Positions 26,901 to 38,497 of a DNA stretch of 64,000 bases are shown here, one piece after another (within the stretch, counting starts at the first letter, position 1; each line of letters starts with the position of its first letter). Where the stretch lies: the NCBI GenBank assembly GCA_023231475.1, contig JALJEE010002126.1, forward strand, positions 1 to 64,000. Direction: 5' to 3'. The notes under the pieces were generated by a model, which made no database searches, was not told the DNA's origin, and worked only from the letters and a program-made list of their open reading frames with translations. This DNA is from Seison nebaliae. Its lineage: Eukaryota. The translations under genes and the position numbers were made by a program.

Positions 26901-28311
26901 GAATCGTGTCACGATTTGATTCATCTCTTGAGTTTTATCATGTAAATAAGTCGAACTGAAGAAAAGAATCGCTACTAAAAGTACCGATTGACTAGCTAAA
27001 GCAGTCGATCGATATAAAGCCTCGGGATATTTCCCCAAATTATTATAAAGGTCATCCGTTTGTAATCGGCCAACAAGTAAGGATATTAATCGTTTTTTTA
27101 TTGGTAATCGTCTAAAAATAGAATTTTAAAGGAAATTTAAATTTAAATGAAATTCTGAAATTAACTGAAAATATGCTTCAGGATAACGATGAGGTTTCTT
27201 CACATATTTCCCCATTTCCGAATAGCCTGTACTTCTCAACAATTTCATTACCTCATCCAAATTAGAAGTTAGATTCCGTTTCTGAGAACTATAACGGAAA
27301 TAAGCGACGATCAATCTCTCACGGACAATTCCATCAATTCTCCAATCACACACCAGGAGAATGATCCCATAATAAGCAACCGCTTCAATGAACAGTTGCT
27401 TCGCATTATTGTCCAGTAGTAATGATTCCAACGTATATTGAATATGGAGACCATTCTCCACATCTTCAACAAATCTTCGAAATCATTACAAAATTAATTT
27501 TAAGGAAAAGAAGATGAACTGAGTCAAATCTCTGTAATATTTATAAATACTTTCAAACACTTCGTAAAATCTTACAAGTAATGTAGAATATTCTTGACGT
27601 AATTCATCATCTTTCTTTTGTAATTCCTTCAACGATTAAATGAAACAAAACGTTTAATCAAAAATCCCATTTTTAACATTAAAAAATCTTTTTTAAAATC
27701 GCAATTTTAAATTTACTAATTTCAATAAATCGTTTTTCAATCAAATTCTTTAAAAGAAAATTTCAAAATTCGCAAAATAAAATAATCTGTTTTTTTCTAT
27801 TTTTTTTTCTGGATTTAAATCTGATTTATGTCCAGAACACTCTTTTTAATTCATTTAAATTTATTTGTCTAAATTTAATTATTTTTCTAATTGGGAAAAA
27901 ACTGGAAATTTTACAGAAGAATTCCCAAAATTATCCTGCAATTCTAATACTGTAATTTTTTATTTTTCGTAATAGATATTTCAATTTTTTGTAGCCGAAC
28001 GTCAAATAAGAGCATATGAGCAGAAAGAGCAGAAAGAAAGAAAAGAGACAAACTGCACTTTTCCACAAAGTATCATCGAAAAGAACTTTTCGTTTCTCTT
28101 CGAAATAAGTGAAATCGATTATGAGATCTCGATAATATTGCCGTACAGATTCGTCGTTGTTGGGAGAGAAATGTTTAAACGGTTTTGGAATATGTTCCGA
28201 CAATCGTAACAATTCCGTTATGATGGCATTAGCCCTTGCCACTAATTTGACAAGAATCTGACAACAAATATTATCTTGGAAGGAATGAGTCTGATCATTC
28301 ATGTTATCCAT
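23987..28311 (-). CDS. WASHC5: Strumpellin (WASH complex subunit 5), 6 exons, ~1230 aa
   Basis: NAIITELLRLSEHIP, GIVRERLIVAYFRYS, YPEAYF, RSTALASQ, KLRALFLKL, DPKKLLEDGIRKEL, EYVQDYINISGL. Introns 27627-28053, 27475-27519, 27112-27165, 24586-24630, 24268-24331; the start is one of 28317/28311/28302. Confidence 0.93.
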
Positions 28312-28441
28312 TATCATCCAATCGATTCGAACTATCAAATTAGAATTGTATACGTTTTCTAGAACAAACAAATTTTATGAGAAAATAAATCGACAATATA
28401 TTTTCTGCTTCGTCATTTATTCTCCCTCTTCCCATTAACAA

Positions 28442-28639
28442 ATCACTCCACATATAACGTCATGAAAATGATCAGATGATCATTTATCACGTGAGATAAA
28501 TGTTGAGCTATAGATCAAACAATTATGGCACTTCCAATTCGATTATTTGGTATTGGGAAAGTATTTGGTAATTATTTTACATCATTATAAAAAGATCGAA
28601 TCAATGGAATGAAGTTATTTTTAAGGTTTATGGGGTGAT
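28442..28639. promoter_or_regulatory. Cluster of three SREBP-type elements in the divergent WASHC5/SC5D promoter
   Basis: ATCACTCCAC (28442-28451), E-box ATCACGTGA (28486-28494) and ATGGGGTGAT, which is ATCACCCCAT on the minus strand (28630-28639); all lie upstream of a sterol-pathway gene. Confidence 0.55.
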
Positions 28640-29173
28640 ATTATCGACATTTAAATAGAATAAAATTGAAAAAGAAAACTATTCGTTCTTCTCTTCTCTA
28701 ATATTGGAGATTCCATGAAAATATCATAAACTTCCATTTTGACGAGAGAAAGATAATTGACTTACGTTACATCATAATTAATAAATTATCGATTGATTTT
28801 AGATCGTTATAGAAAATTTTTTTTTTTTTTTTCTCAGAAATTTTTGATGGAAAATTTTTTAAAATTTTTTGATACAAATAAATTTCTCTGCAACATTTTC
28901 TTGAGAAAAATGAAGTTTCTGGAAAATATTTCAATTTTTGTTTTCTTGGAGAATTTTATGTAAAAAATTTTTCGATTCGACTATCGTCCTAAATTGTCAT
29001 GTGGTAATTTCCCACTGGGAAAATAAAGGAAAATAAAAAAATTTAATTTCGATTTGAATTTGTTCATTTCTTTCATTTCTCACCAGAAGTTCAATCAGAC
29101 TCTGAATGTAAAATCTCGTTTTCAACTGAAACGATTGTCATTTGGGGGGAAAGACGTGTAAAAAGTTTAAGAG

Positions 29174-30019
29174 ATGGATATCGTTCTAAATTATTGTGAC
29201 GAGTATTTTTTTACTCCGTTCGTTTATCCAACAACCATCGAACCGGATATATGGTATCGACAATTAATTTCTCTATTTGTCATAACGACGATTGGTGGAT
29301 ATATTCTCTATTTTCTGGCTGCGACAGTCAGTTATCTCTTCATTTTCGACCATCGATTAATGAGACATCCGAAATATTTGAAAAATCAAATAAAAATGGA
29401 AATCAGTGAAGCATCTTACTCCTTATTCCAAATGAGTTTTCTTACCATCATCATGTTTTTCGCTGAAGTACGAAATTATTCATATTTGTTCGACGATTGT
29501 TCTCAATTTGGTATTGGCAAATGGATCATTCCCATCAATATCATCACATTCATCTTATTTACTGATTGTCTTATTTATTGGATCCATCGAGCATTACATC
29601 ATCGTTTACTTTATACAAGATTACATAAACTTCATCATAAATGGAAAGTGCCAACACCATATGCATCTCATGCTTTCCATCCTCTCGATGGTTTCTCCCA
29701 ATCATTACCTTATCATATATATCCCTTCGTCTTTCCACTCCACAAATGGACATATTTGGGTCTATTCGTATTCGTTAATATCTGGACGGTTTCCATTCAT
29801 GACGGAGATTTTCGCGTTCCTAGTTTACTTCGACCGTTCATTAACGGTGCTGCTCATCATATGGATCATCATCTTTTCTACAATTACAATTATGGACAAT
29901 TCTTCACCTTCTGGGACAAGATCGGTTCATCCATAAAAAATCCATCAGCATTCGAAGATGACGGCCCACTCGATCAGATTATTCGTTTAGAGAACGAACA
30001 ATCAAAGAAAACAGAATGA
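29174..30019 (+). CDS. SC5D: Lathosterol oxidase / sterol C5-desaturase, intronless, 281 aa
   Basis: His boxes YWIHRALH, HKLHHKW and HHMDHH; ASHAFHPLDGF; NYGQFFTFWDKI. Confidence 0.95.
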   Translation: MDIVLNYCDEYFFTPFVYPTTIEPDIWYRQLISLFVITTIGGYILYFLAATVSYLFIFDHRLMRHPKYLKNQIKMEISEASYSLFQMSFLTIIMFFAEVRNYSYLFDDCSQFGIGKWIIPINIITFILFTDCLIYWIHRALHHRLLYTRLHKLHHKWKVPTPYASHAFHPLDGFSQSLPYHIYPFVFPLHKWTYLGLFVFVNIWTVSIHDGDFRVPSLLRPFINGAAHHMDHHLFYNYNYGQFFTFWDKIGSSIKNPSAFEDDGPLDQIIRLENEQSKKTE

Positions 30020-30369
30020 GAAACATATTTCATTTTATTCATTCTAAATGATGTCATTTTATATATTATCTTTCCCATTTTGTGAATTCGACATGACACG
30101 TCAAATGGATATGGATTAGAAAGACAGATTGAAAATGGAGTTTGTGAGAAACAACACAAATTACAAAGAAACTCAATTAGTCAAATCTCTTCTGTTCTTT
30201 TTCATTTCCATTCAACAAATTCTGATGTTCTCTCTTCATTATCTCTCTCCCACTTTCACTTGAATGTTTTTCATACAAAATAAAATTATTTTAAATTTCT
30301 TTTCTTCTTCTCCATTCGAACTGTTAAGCTGAAAAAGTTTTTTTTCAATAAATCTCACAATATTTGTCA

Positions 30370-32479
30370 ATGACTAAAAACCGTTTTACGACAATTGAAA
30401 ATGATGATAATTCTATCCAAAATAAAACTCCTCCAATTCATTCTAGAAAATTACAAGAATTGACTTCACTTATAAAATCAGATAATTCGATTATATTTGT
30501 TCACGGACCCATCGGCACATGTAAATCGACATCAGTTCGATATATTTTGAAAAAGTTGACATTGAAAACCATCGACGTTATCACTAATTCAGATTTGATT
30601 TATGAACGTTCCACACGTATCTCACACATTTATGCAACAATTAATTATTGGACCAATCAGGAAAACTACTCGGAAGACGTCGCATTGATCATTGACGATG
30701 ATTTTAATGATTTATCACAGAATCATCTCGTCAAATTGGAGAATATATTCGAGTTAAATTTCTCTCATTTCTCTTCATTTTTAAATTATTCCTGTTAGAT
30801 ATTGGAAGGGAAAGAAGAGCAAAATGAAAAAAATCCTCATTTTAGTCCATTGTGGAGAAATGGATCAATTTCATCAATTTCATAGTTTACTCCAAAAATT
30901 CGATATTGAAATGATTCACTTCAATCCAATTAATCGAACACGAATGAATCATTTTCTTCAAAATCTATTCGAAAACTCTTTATCTATCGATCATTCCAAT
31001 GCCAATCAATATCTCGCTAAATCTCTTCTGGATATATCGAACGGAGATATCAGATTTATTGTGAATCAATTTCATTTTTGGTCTCTCACTCATTCAACCC
31101 AAATCACTTCCTCCTATCTCTCTACTCTAAAGTTAATTTTTTAATGAATCTTCTCATTTAATTTTTATTTCACAAATTGAAACTTTTTTCAATCTGTTTT
31201 TCTTATTTTGAATTTTTTTATTTAAATTGTTTCAATTTAAAAATTCTAAACAATTTTTTAGAATGCATTTTTTTTGTAATTTTTTTTAAATATTAAAAAA
31301 ATAATTCTCTGCAGTTTTTTTTCTCACTTGGAATTTTCTGAAATTTTTTTTATCACTTGAAATTGTCCGAAATTTTTTTTTTCACTTGAAATTCTCTGAA
31401 ATTTTTTTTCTCACTTGAAATTTTCTGAAATTTTTTTTTTCACTTGAAATTCTTTGAAATTTTTTTTTTCACTTGAAATTCTCTGAAATTTTTGTTTCAC
31501 TTGAAATTCTCTGAAATTTTTTTTTTCATTTGAAATTCTCTGAAATTTTTATCCTTTTTATTTTATTATAAGTGTACATCGGTGTAGGGTAATTGACCGA
31601 TGAAAAAAAGAAAATCACGACACTGGTCGTTAGAAATAAGTTTTTCATTTGTGAACTTGCCTGAAATATTTTTTCGTTTCCAAATTTCCTGAATTTTTTT
31701 CCTAATTAAATTTTTTTTTAATTTTTTCTCCTTAAAGTTTTATGCAAAGAAATCATGATTTCGAATTATTTCACCATTGTGGAACGTTGTTACACGCAAC
31801 AAGAGAACAAATTGGTTCAAACAAGACTGTTCAGAAAAGAAAATTAAAACGAAGTTCATCACACAATGCCCCGTCATCGAAGGAAAAAAGACCGAAACTG
31901 ATTAATCCGATATCAGTTTTGATAAATTTATTTATTTATAAATATCATTCAATTCAATTGTAGATGGTAATGCCGAAGTTTGATGACCATCAAAATAACT
32001 GGAGAGCAATAAGTATAATATTTAAGAATTATGTCAAATTTTTCCAATCACTAAAATCGATATCGATTATTTCGGCGTGTATATCAAAATGTGATGAGAG
32101 AATGAGACGATTGTTTTTGGACGGAAATTTCGATCATCGTCATTTCTACGAGTTGAGTTTGTGTTTAGCGAATGAACGATATTTGGACAGAAAGCCGATC
32201 GGATTCGAACCGATCACATCAGATCAAGAGTTCGATATCATCCAAACGAAAATCGATCGAAACGAAAAATTGTGTGAAAAATTTCCAGGTTTGTTTATTT
32301 TTATCGAGACTGATATTTTTGTATGAGATTTAGCGAAGTATGTACGTCGGAAAGAAGAACTGAATGATTTCTATTCGTTTTATATTTGTCGTGTGGACGA
32401 AAGTGGTGGGAAACATGATGAGATTAAAGAGATTCGAGCAAATAAATTTATGAATAATTCTGATATAGAATTTGATTGA
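30370..32479 (+). CDS. RAD17: Rad17/Rad24-like checkpoint clamp-loader subunit (divergent AAA+), 5 exons, 454 aa
   Basis: IHSRKLQEL, Walker A-like GPIGTCKST, IHFNPI, SNGDIRFIVNQFHF, RNHDFELFHHCGTLLHATR (Rad17 RD..LF..LGKILY.KR motif). Introns 30753-30798, 31132-31737, 31916-31963, 32289-32333. Confidence 0.7.
31324..31550. repeat. Intronic minisatellite, 8 x ~29 nt (TCACTTGAAATTCTCTGAAATTTTTTTTT)
   Basis: Unit starts at about 31324, 31353, 31382, 31411, 31440, 31469, 31497 and 31526, inside Rad17-like intron 2. Confidence 0.95.
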
Positions 32480-32590
32480 GATTTTAAATAAATTTAAATT
32501 AAATTAAATTTTTTTTTTGGAAGAATTGAAAATAAGCTGATTTTCTAGATAAATTTAAATTTAAAATTAAAATCTCATTGTGTACAACCA

Positions 32591-32917
32591 ATGGTTCTTT
32601 ATCAAATTTTTGTATTTGTTCCCGAAGAACAATGTGAGAAAGTGGAGAAGGCGATGTTCGGTGCTGGCGGTGGGCACTTGGGGAATTATGAGATGTGTTG
32701 TTGGAAGACGAAGGGAATTGGACAATTCAAACCACTCGAACGAAGTCAACCAACAATTGGTGAAGTGAACAAACTAATAAAAGTGGACGAGACGAGAATG
32801 GAGATGATATGTGTGCAAGATAAATTGAAATTTGTCATTGATGCAATGAAGGAGGCACATCCATATGAAGTACCAGCTTATGGTATTATTAGATTGGAGG
32901 AGGATCCGTTGCTTTGA
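32591..32917 (+). CDS. Stand-alone YqfO/NIF3 PII-like (CutA/GlnB-fold) domain protein, bacterial-type, intronless, 108 aa
   Basis: VFVPEE...AMFGAGGGHLGNYEMCCW...GIGQFKPLERSQPTIG...AMKEAHPYEVPAY matches the recalled ~100-aa bacterial YqfO-family pattern (AGAG.IG.Y..C; GQF.P; HPYE.PAY). Confidence 0.85.
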   Translation: MVLYQIFVFVPEEQCEKVEKAMFGAGGGHLGNYEMCCWKTKGIGQFKPLERSQPTIGEVNKLIKVDETRMEMICVQDKLKFVIDAMKEAHPYEVPAYGIIRLEEDPLL

Positions 32918-33901
32918 ATCGTCTCGATTGAGTGGAGTGAAGTGAGAAAATAATTCGAATTTTTCTCACTTAATTGAGTGAGTGACAAGAAGAGTGGCGA
33001 TTTACATGCTTCATTAAATATGAGTTGGGACGAAGTGAAATGAATAAATAATAGAGGAAATTCTCAATCTCATCCTCAATTCGTTACGTAGAAGTGATCT
33101 ATATAAACGAGTGTTCTCTATCCAATAGACTTCTCACAGACTCTTCTCACGTTTTATTAAGTTGATTGAATCATCCGATTTTTGAAGAACATGTCATCAT
33201 CATCATTATTATTATTATCATCATAATATTCTGACGATTCCTATGTAGAGATGATGTTGATGGTCTCCTTCCTATACGCATATACACGCATTCTTCTCTA
33301 GCATCTTCAATCATTCATTTTATTAACTGGTTCATTAATCATTGATCATGAAATTTAATAAAAAGATCATCTAAATTAATTTTTTAGTTTTTCAAAAAAG
33401 TTCGAGCTTTTTTGCTGACGTTGTTCATGGTCAACAAAATAATGTCAAGACATAATAAATCTGATGGAGGACTGGTATAAATACGTTGTGTTTATTATTC
33501 TTATTCTCATTCACCTTTCCTCATTCTAAATGAAAAATCCATTTCCATCCAATTCTCGAAATTTCTTATGACCATGTCTCTGTTGTTATGGCAACATCGT
33601 TAAACATTCTAATTATCCTCTCTAATCATCTAATTTGTTAACTGACTGTAATTGTTAATAATATGTCACTTTTCTTGAAAATTTTCTTTTACGAACTAGA
33701 AAGAATTTCTTGTGATTTTACGAATTAGAGACAATTTCTTGTGATTTTAGCAAATTGTAAAAATTGCTAAACTTTTAATTTTAAGCGTTTATTCCTCATT
33801 GAAGAATCTGACGTATTAATTCCGTTTGCTGGACTGAATAAATCAGAAATTATTATCTTATTATAAAATTAATTGTAAAAGAAGTTGGAAAGGTGAAAAG
33901 A

Positions 33902-36900
33902 ATGTTAGCACGAAGTCATTTAATACGCACATTGAATAATCGTTCGTTGTTGCGTCATTTATCGATCAGTCTCCAAGATTATGGTGTTATTGGAATTCGT
34001 CGTGAAGATCAAAGTGTTTGGGAGAGACGTGCACCATTGTCACCTGATCAAGTGCGAACATTAGTGAAGAAAGGAGTGAGAGTGATTGTACAACCGTCAA
34101 ATCGACGAGCATATCCGATGGTGGCTTACGAGAAAGCTGGTGCAGAAATTCGAGAAGATATGGACGAAGCGAATTTGATAATTGGAGTGAAACAAGTTCC
34201 CATAGACAGTCTCATCAGTAATAAAGTATATGCTTTCTTCTCTCATACGATCAAAGCTCAAGAAGCAAATATGGATTTGTTGGATGAATTATTAAATCGT
34301 AACATTATGATGTGTGATTATGAGAAGATGTGTTATCCAGACGGACAAAGAGCAGTGGCATTTGGTCAATATGCAGGAATTGCAGGAATGATCAACATTC
34401 TTCATGGTCTTGGTTTACGTTTATTAGCTCTTGGAAATCATACACCTTTTATGCACGTCGGTCTCGCTCATAATTATCGTACGACAGAAATGGCTTGTCA
34501 AGCGATTCGTGACGCCGGTTATGGAATCTCTTTAGGTAATATGCCTCGATCTATTGGACCACTTATTTTCATTTTCACGGGAACTGGAAATGTCTCTCAA
34601 GGAGCACAACAAGTCTTTCGAGAATTACCAAATGAAGAGATTGACGTGAAAGATTTAAAGAAATTCGCTGAACATGGAGCAACTAATAAAATTTATTATT
34701 GTGTCGTATCACGAGAAGATCATTATGAACATAAAACAACTAGAACTTTTGACCCAGAAGATTTCGATAACAATCCAACTAACTACATTTCTACTTTTTC
34801 TCAAAAGATTGCACCATATGCCAGTGTGATTATTAACGGAATTTATTGGGATGCCACATCTCCAAAACTCTTATCAACGAATGATCTGAAAAGATTATTG
34901 AAAAGTTCCAACAATTCACAAATTGAACATTCAGTCGGATGTCCCATTCTACCACATCGACTTCTCGCCATTTGTGACATATCAGCTGATCCTGGTGGAT
35001 CTATCGAATTTATGACTGAATGTACCACTATCGATAAACCATTCTCTATGTATGATATTAATGGTGATTGTAATCATTCAGATCAATTCGGTGGAAGTGG
35101 CGTACTTGTTTGTTCTATCGACAACATGCCAACTCAATTACCGATGGAAGCCACCGAATTCTTTGGTGGTCGATTACTTCCACATATCTTCGAAATGGTT
35201 TCTCATTTTTTTTTCATCTTTTCATATTATTTATTTGTTTAGTTGAAATGTTTACCTAACACTCAATTCGACAATCAAAACATCGATCCAATTGTCAAAA
35301 ATGTTATTTTTTTTCTTCTTCATTTTCTTCTTTTAATTCTCTTCTTCCTTTCTAGGCCATCATTACTGCCAATAAAAAATTGACACCATCATTCGAATAT
35401 ATTTCTGATTTGAGGAAAGAGAACGAAATGAAGAAGAATGTTCTTCTATTAGGAGCGGGATTCGTCTCATCACCAGTTGTCGATTATCTGTGTGAAATGA
35501 GCAATGTTTCCATCCGAATTGGTTTATATATTTTTTTAAAATTTTCTTAAATTAGAAAATATTCGGAAAAAAATATATTCCATTTTTATACTCCAATATT
35601 TTTATTAATTCAAAAATTTTTTCCGTTTCAGGATCTCAAATTGCGAAAGATAATGCAGTACTTTGTGATAAATATCCGAACACGTCGTCATTCGTTTTCA
35701 ACCGGAATAAAGACGATGAATTGTTAGAGAAGGAGATCTCTCATTCATCGTTGGTCATCAGGTTCGACGATTTTCCATATTTGATTATTTGAAGAAATTG
35801 TTTCAGTTTACTTCCAGCATTTATGCATCCGAAAGTGGCAAAGATGTGTTTGGCTAATAATAAGAATATGGTAACGGCGAGTTATATCTCACCCGAAATG
35901 AAATCATTCGATGCCGAGTTAGTTCTTCGAATATTAAATATGGAATTAAATATCCAATTAAATTTAGAGCAAAAGAGAAAAATGTAGTTTTGATGAATGA
36001 AGTTGGTGTAGATCCAGGAATTGATCATATGTTATTAATGAACGCTTTCGATCAATTGAAGAAAGAAGGAAAGAAAATAAAGAAAGTGATTTCTTATTGT
36101 GGTGGATTACCTTCACCTGATTCGATTGGTGATAGTCCACTTGGATATAAATTCAGTTGGAGTCCACGTGGAGCACTTCTCAATTGTATTGGTGAAGCGA
36201 AATATTTGTTAGATGGTAAAGAAATAAAAATAGAAAAAGGAGGAGATTTGATGAGAAATGGAGCGAAGAAAGTGGAAGCGATCGATTCATTAATTGGATT
36301 TAATTTGGAAGTATATCCAAATCGTAATTCCATCGACTACAAAGATAAATATGGATTAGAAGGAATCGACACATTAATTCGAGGAACATATCGATATAAA
36401 GGATATAGTGAACGAATTGTAAATTTGATTGAAATTGGATTAATTTCAGAAAATACTCATAAATCATTCGATAATGAATGGATGAGTTGGAAGGAATTGA
36501 TTGCACTTCTCATCCATCTTCCCAAATCGTCGACTGTCGATGAAATTAAAAGAAAATTGGAAAAAATTCTTTCACAGAAAATGAAGGGTGTCAATATCAT
36601 CGAATCGTTAGGATTGTTGGATGAGAAGAAAGAAGTGAAATGTAGTCCAGATGAACCAATGATCGATGTTCTATCGAAACATTTGGCAGAAAGATTGAAA
36701 ATGGAAGAAGATGATCGAGATATCATCATCATGAGACATGAAATTACCACATCCGATGATCAAACGGAAATCATCGATTTCGTCTGTTATGGTGACGAAA
36801 AGAAGATGACAAGTGGACCATGTCCATCATCCAAACCATTTCGATTGAGATATTCATATTCGGCTATGGCGAAAACTGTCGGCCTACCCACTGCCATTGC

Positions 36901-37042
36901 AGCAAGAATGATCTTGGAGAAACATATCACTAAACCAGGTGTACATGCCCCCTTATCCTCCGATATTTACGGACCGATGTTGCGATATTTGAAGGAGGCG
37001 GGATTGCGATGGACTGAACGAGTCGTCCAAACTCCCAAATAA
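33902..37042 (+). CDS. AASS: Alpha-aminoadipic semialdehyde synthase (LKR/SDH bifunctional, mitochondrial), 6 exons, 945 aa
   Basis: WERRAPLSP, FFSHTIKAQEAN, AICDISADPGGSIEF, SIDNMPTQLP, LLLGAGFVS, NEVGVDPGIDHM, YKFSWSPRG, AMAKTVGLPTAIA. Introns 35198-35242, 35303-35355, 35522-35631, 35762-35806, 35918-35967. Confidence 0.96.
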
Positions 37043-37599
37043 TATTTCTCTTCTGAAAAACAAATCGAACAATTTTTTTATTTTTGTTATTTCCCTCAAT
37101 TCTTTGTTAAGTTCTCCACTTTTTAGTTCGAAATTAAAAAGATTACAAATAAATTATTAATTATTCCATTTAATTATCTCCATTAAATTAATGGAGAAAA
37201 TTGTGTTTCTTTCAAACCAATTCATTCAAAACTAATAAATTGGTCATTTATTCAACTCTCGAATAAAATTTAGAAAATTGTCAGTTGAAAAAATATAAAA
37301 TAATTTCTTATAATTTCTACTATTTTAGAAGCCTCAATTTCTATTGATTAGATGGAAAGCTATATATTTGAATTGATGATAAAGTGCATATGAGAAATAT
37401 GTGAAAAATTTGGGTGGAAGTGACTCATGTTAAAGTTACGAAAATAATAAAATTGTTTATTCAATAAAACAATAGAGACATATATATATATGAAGATTTG
37501 TGTAATAAAGGACATAGGGTGGAATTATTTTATTTGATTTGTTGAAGAAGAGAAATTAATGTTAATTCGCATTAATTCCATTGAGAAAATAAATAAGTA

Positions 37600-37612
37600 G
37601 TCACATGACGTA
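37600..37612. promoter_or_regulatory. M-box/CLEAR-type E-box (GTCACATGAC) overlapping a CRE-like TGACGTAA
   Basis: Exact MiT/TFE-type motif about 300 nt upstream of the PPC-Rab7 pair; function is inferred only. Confidence 0.35.
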
Positions 37613-37909
37613 AATGGAAATGAATGAAAGAGATGAAGATAAGAATGATGTCTTTATACACCATCATTTTCCATTTGAAAATAATGAGATAAATGTTCTT
37701 ATAAAAGTATTTCTTTCGAAATCTAGAAAGAAATCTAGTAAGGAGAAAAGCTTCTAATTATTTCAGTTGGAAGAATGGAAAGCCGTTTAATAATAATTCT
37801 CATCTCCTGACTAAATTAAAGGAAAGTTGAAGTTTATTTTACCCACAAAATTTCATTTTCCTACTCCGAATGAGAAGAATATAAAATAAATTTTAAAATA
37901 TTATTAAAA

Positions 37910-38392
37910 ATGTTTTCCGCCAACCAAATCCTCAAATTGAACCACGGCGATATTCGGCCATTCCTCCTCCGACTAAAGCCAGGAACAAATGTTTTGGACA
38001 GTATCGAAGAGTTCATGAAATGCGAACGAGCAGTTTGTGCAAGTATTGTGACGGTGGTGGGCAGTGTGAGTAATATTGTGCTCAGGTTCGCTGGTAATCG
38101 TTCGGACGGTATGACAATTCACCGTTTCGGTAATGATGAGAAAAATGAAACTTATGAGGTTATAGCGATGTCTGGTTTCTTCACTCCGAGATCTGATCCC
38201 AAATGTCATATCCATTGCTCCATCAGCGACAAAAATGGGAAAATGGTGGGCGGACATGTGATGGCTGATATGATTGTACACACGACGCTTGAGATCGAGT
38301 TGCATCTGATGTCTGATATCTATAACATAAAACGGGAGTATTGTCCCATGAGTACGTTCAACGAAATGACATTTAAACAAAACAATTCGTGA
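37910..38392 (+). CDS. PPC (DUF296) domain protein, intronless, 160 aa
   Basis: LRLKPG, VVGSV...LRFA, YEVIAMSG, HIHCSISDKNGKMVGGHV and VHTTLEI match DUF296/PPC with HxH...GGH metal ligands. Confidence 0.88.
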   Translation: MFSANQILKLNHGDIRPFLLRLKPGTNVLDSIEEFMKCERAVCASIVTVVGSVSNIVLRFAGNRSDGMTIHRFGNDEKNETYEVIAMSGFFTPRSDPKCHIHCSISDKNGKMVGGHVMADMIVHTTLEIELHLMSDIYNIKREYCPMSTFNEMTFKQNNS

Positions 38393-38497
38393 GTCGACTC
38401 TTTCTAATTTATAAACTTTTTTCTTTCTTAATTTTATTATAGAATTTTTTTTATACTCAAATAATTAAAACTATTCACAGATTAAACATCGTCAACC

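Noticed and set aside
31324..31550. CRISPR-like periodic array
   Set aside because: Head-to-tail units with no unique spacers, no cas genes, and a eukaryotic intron context
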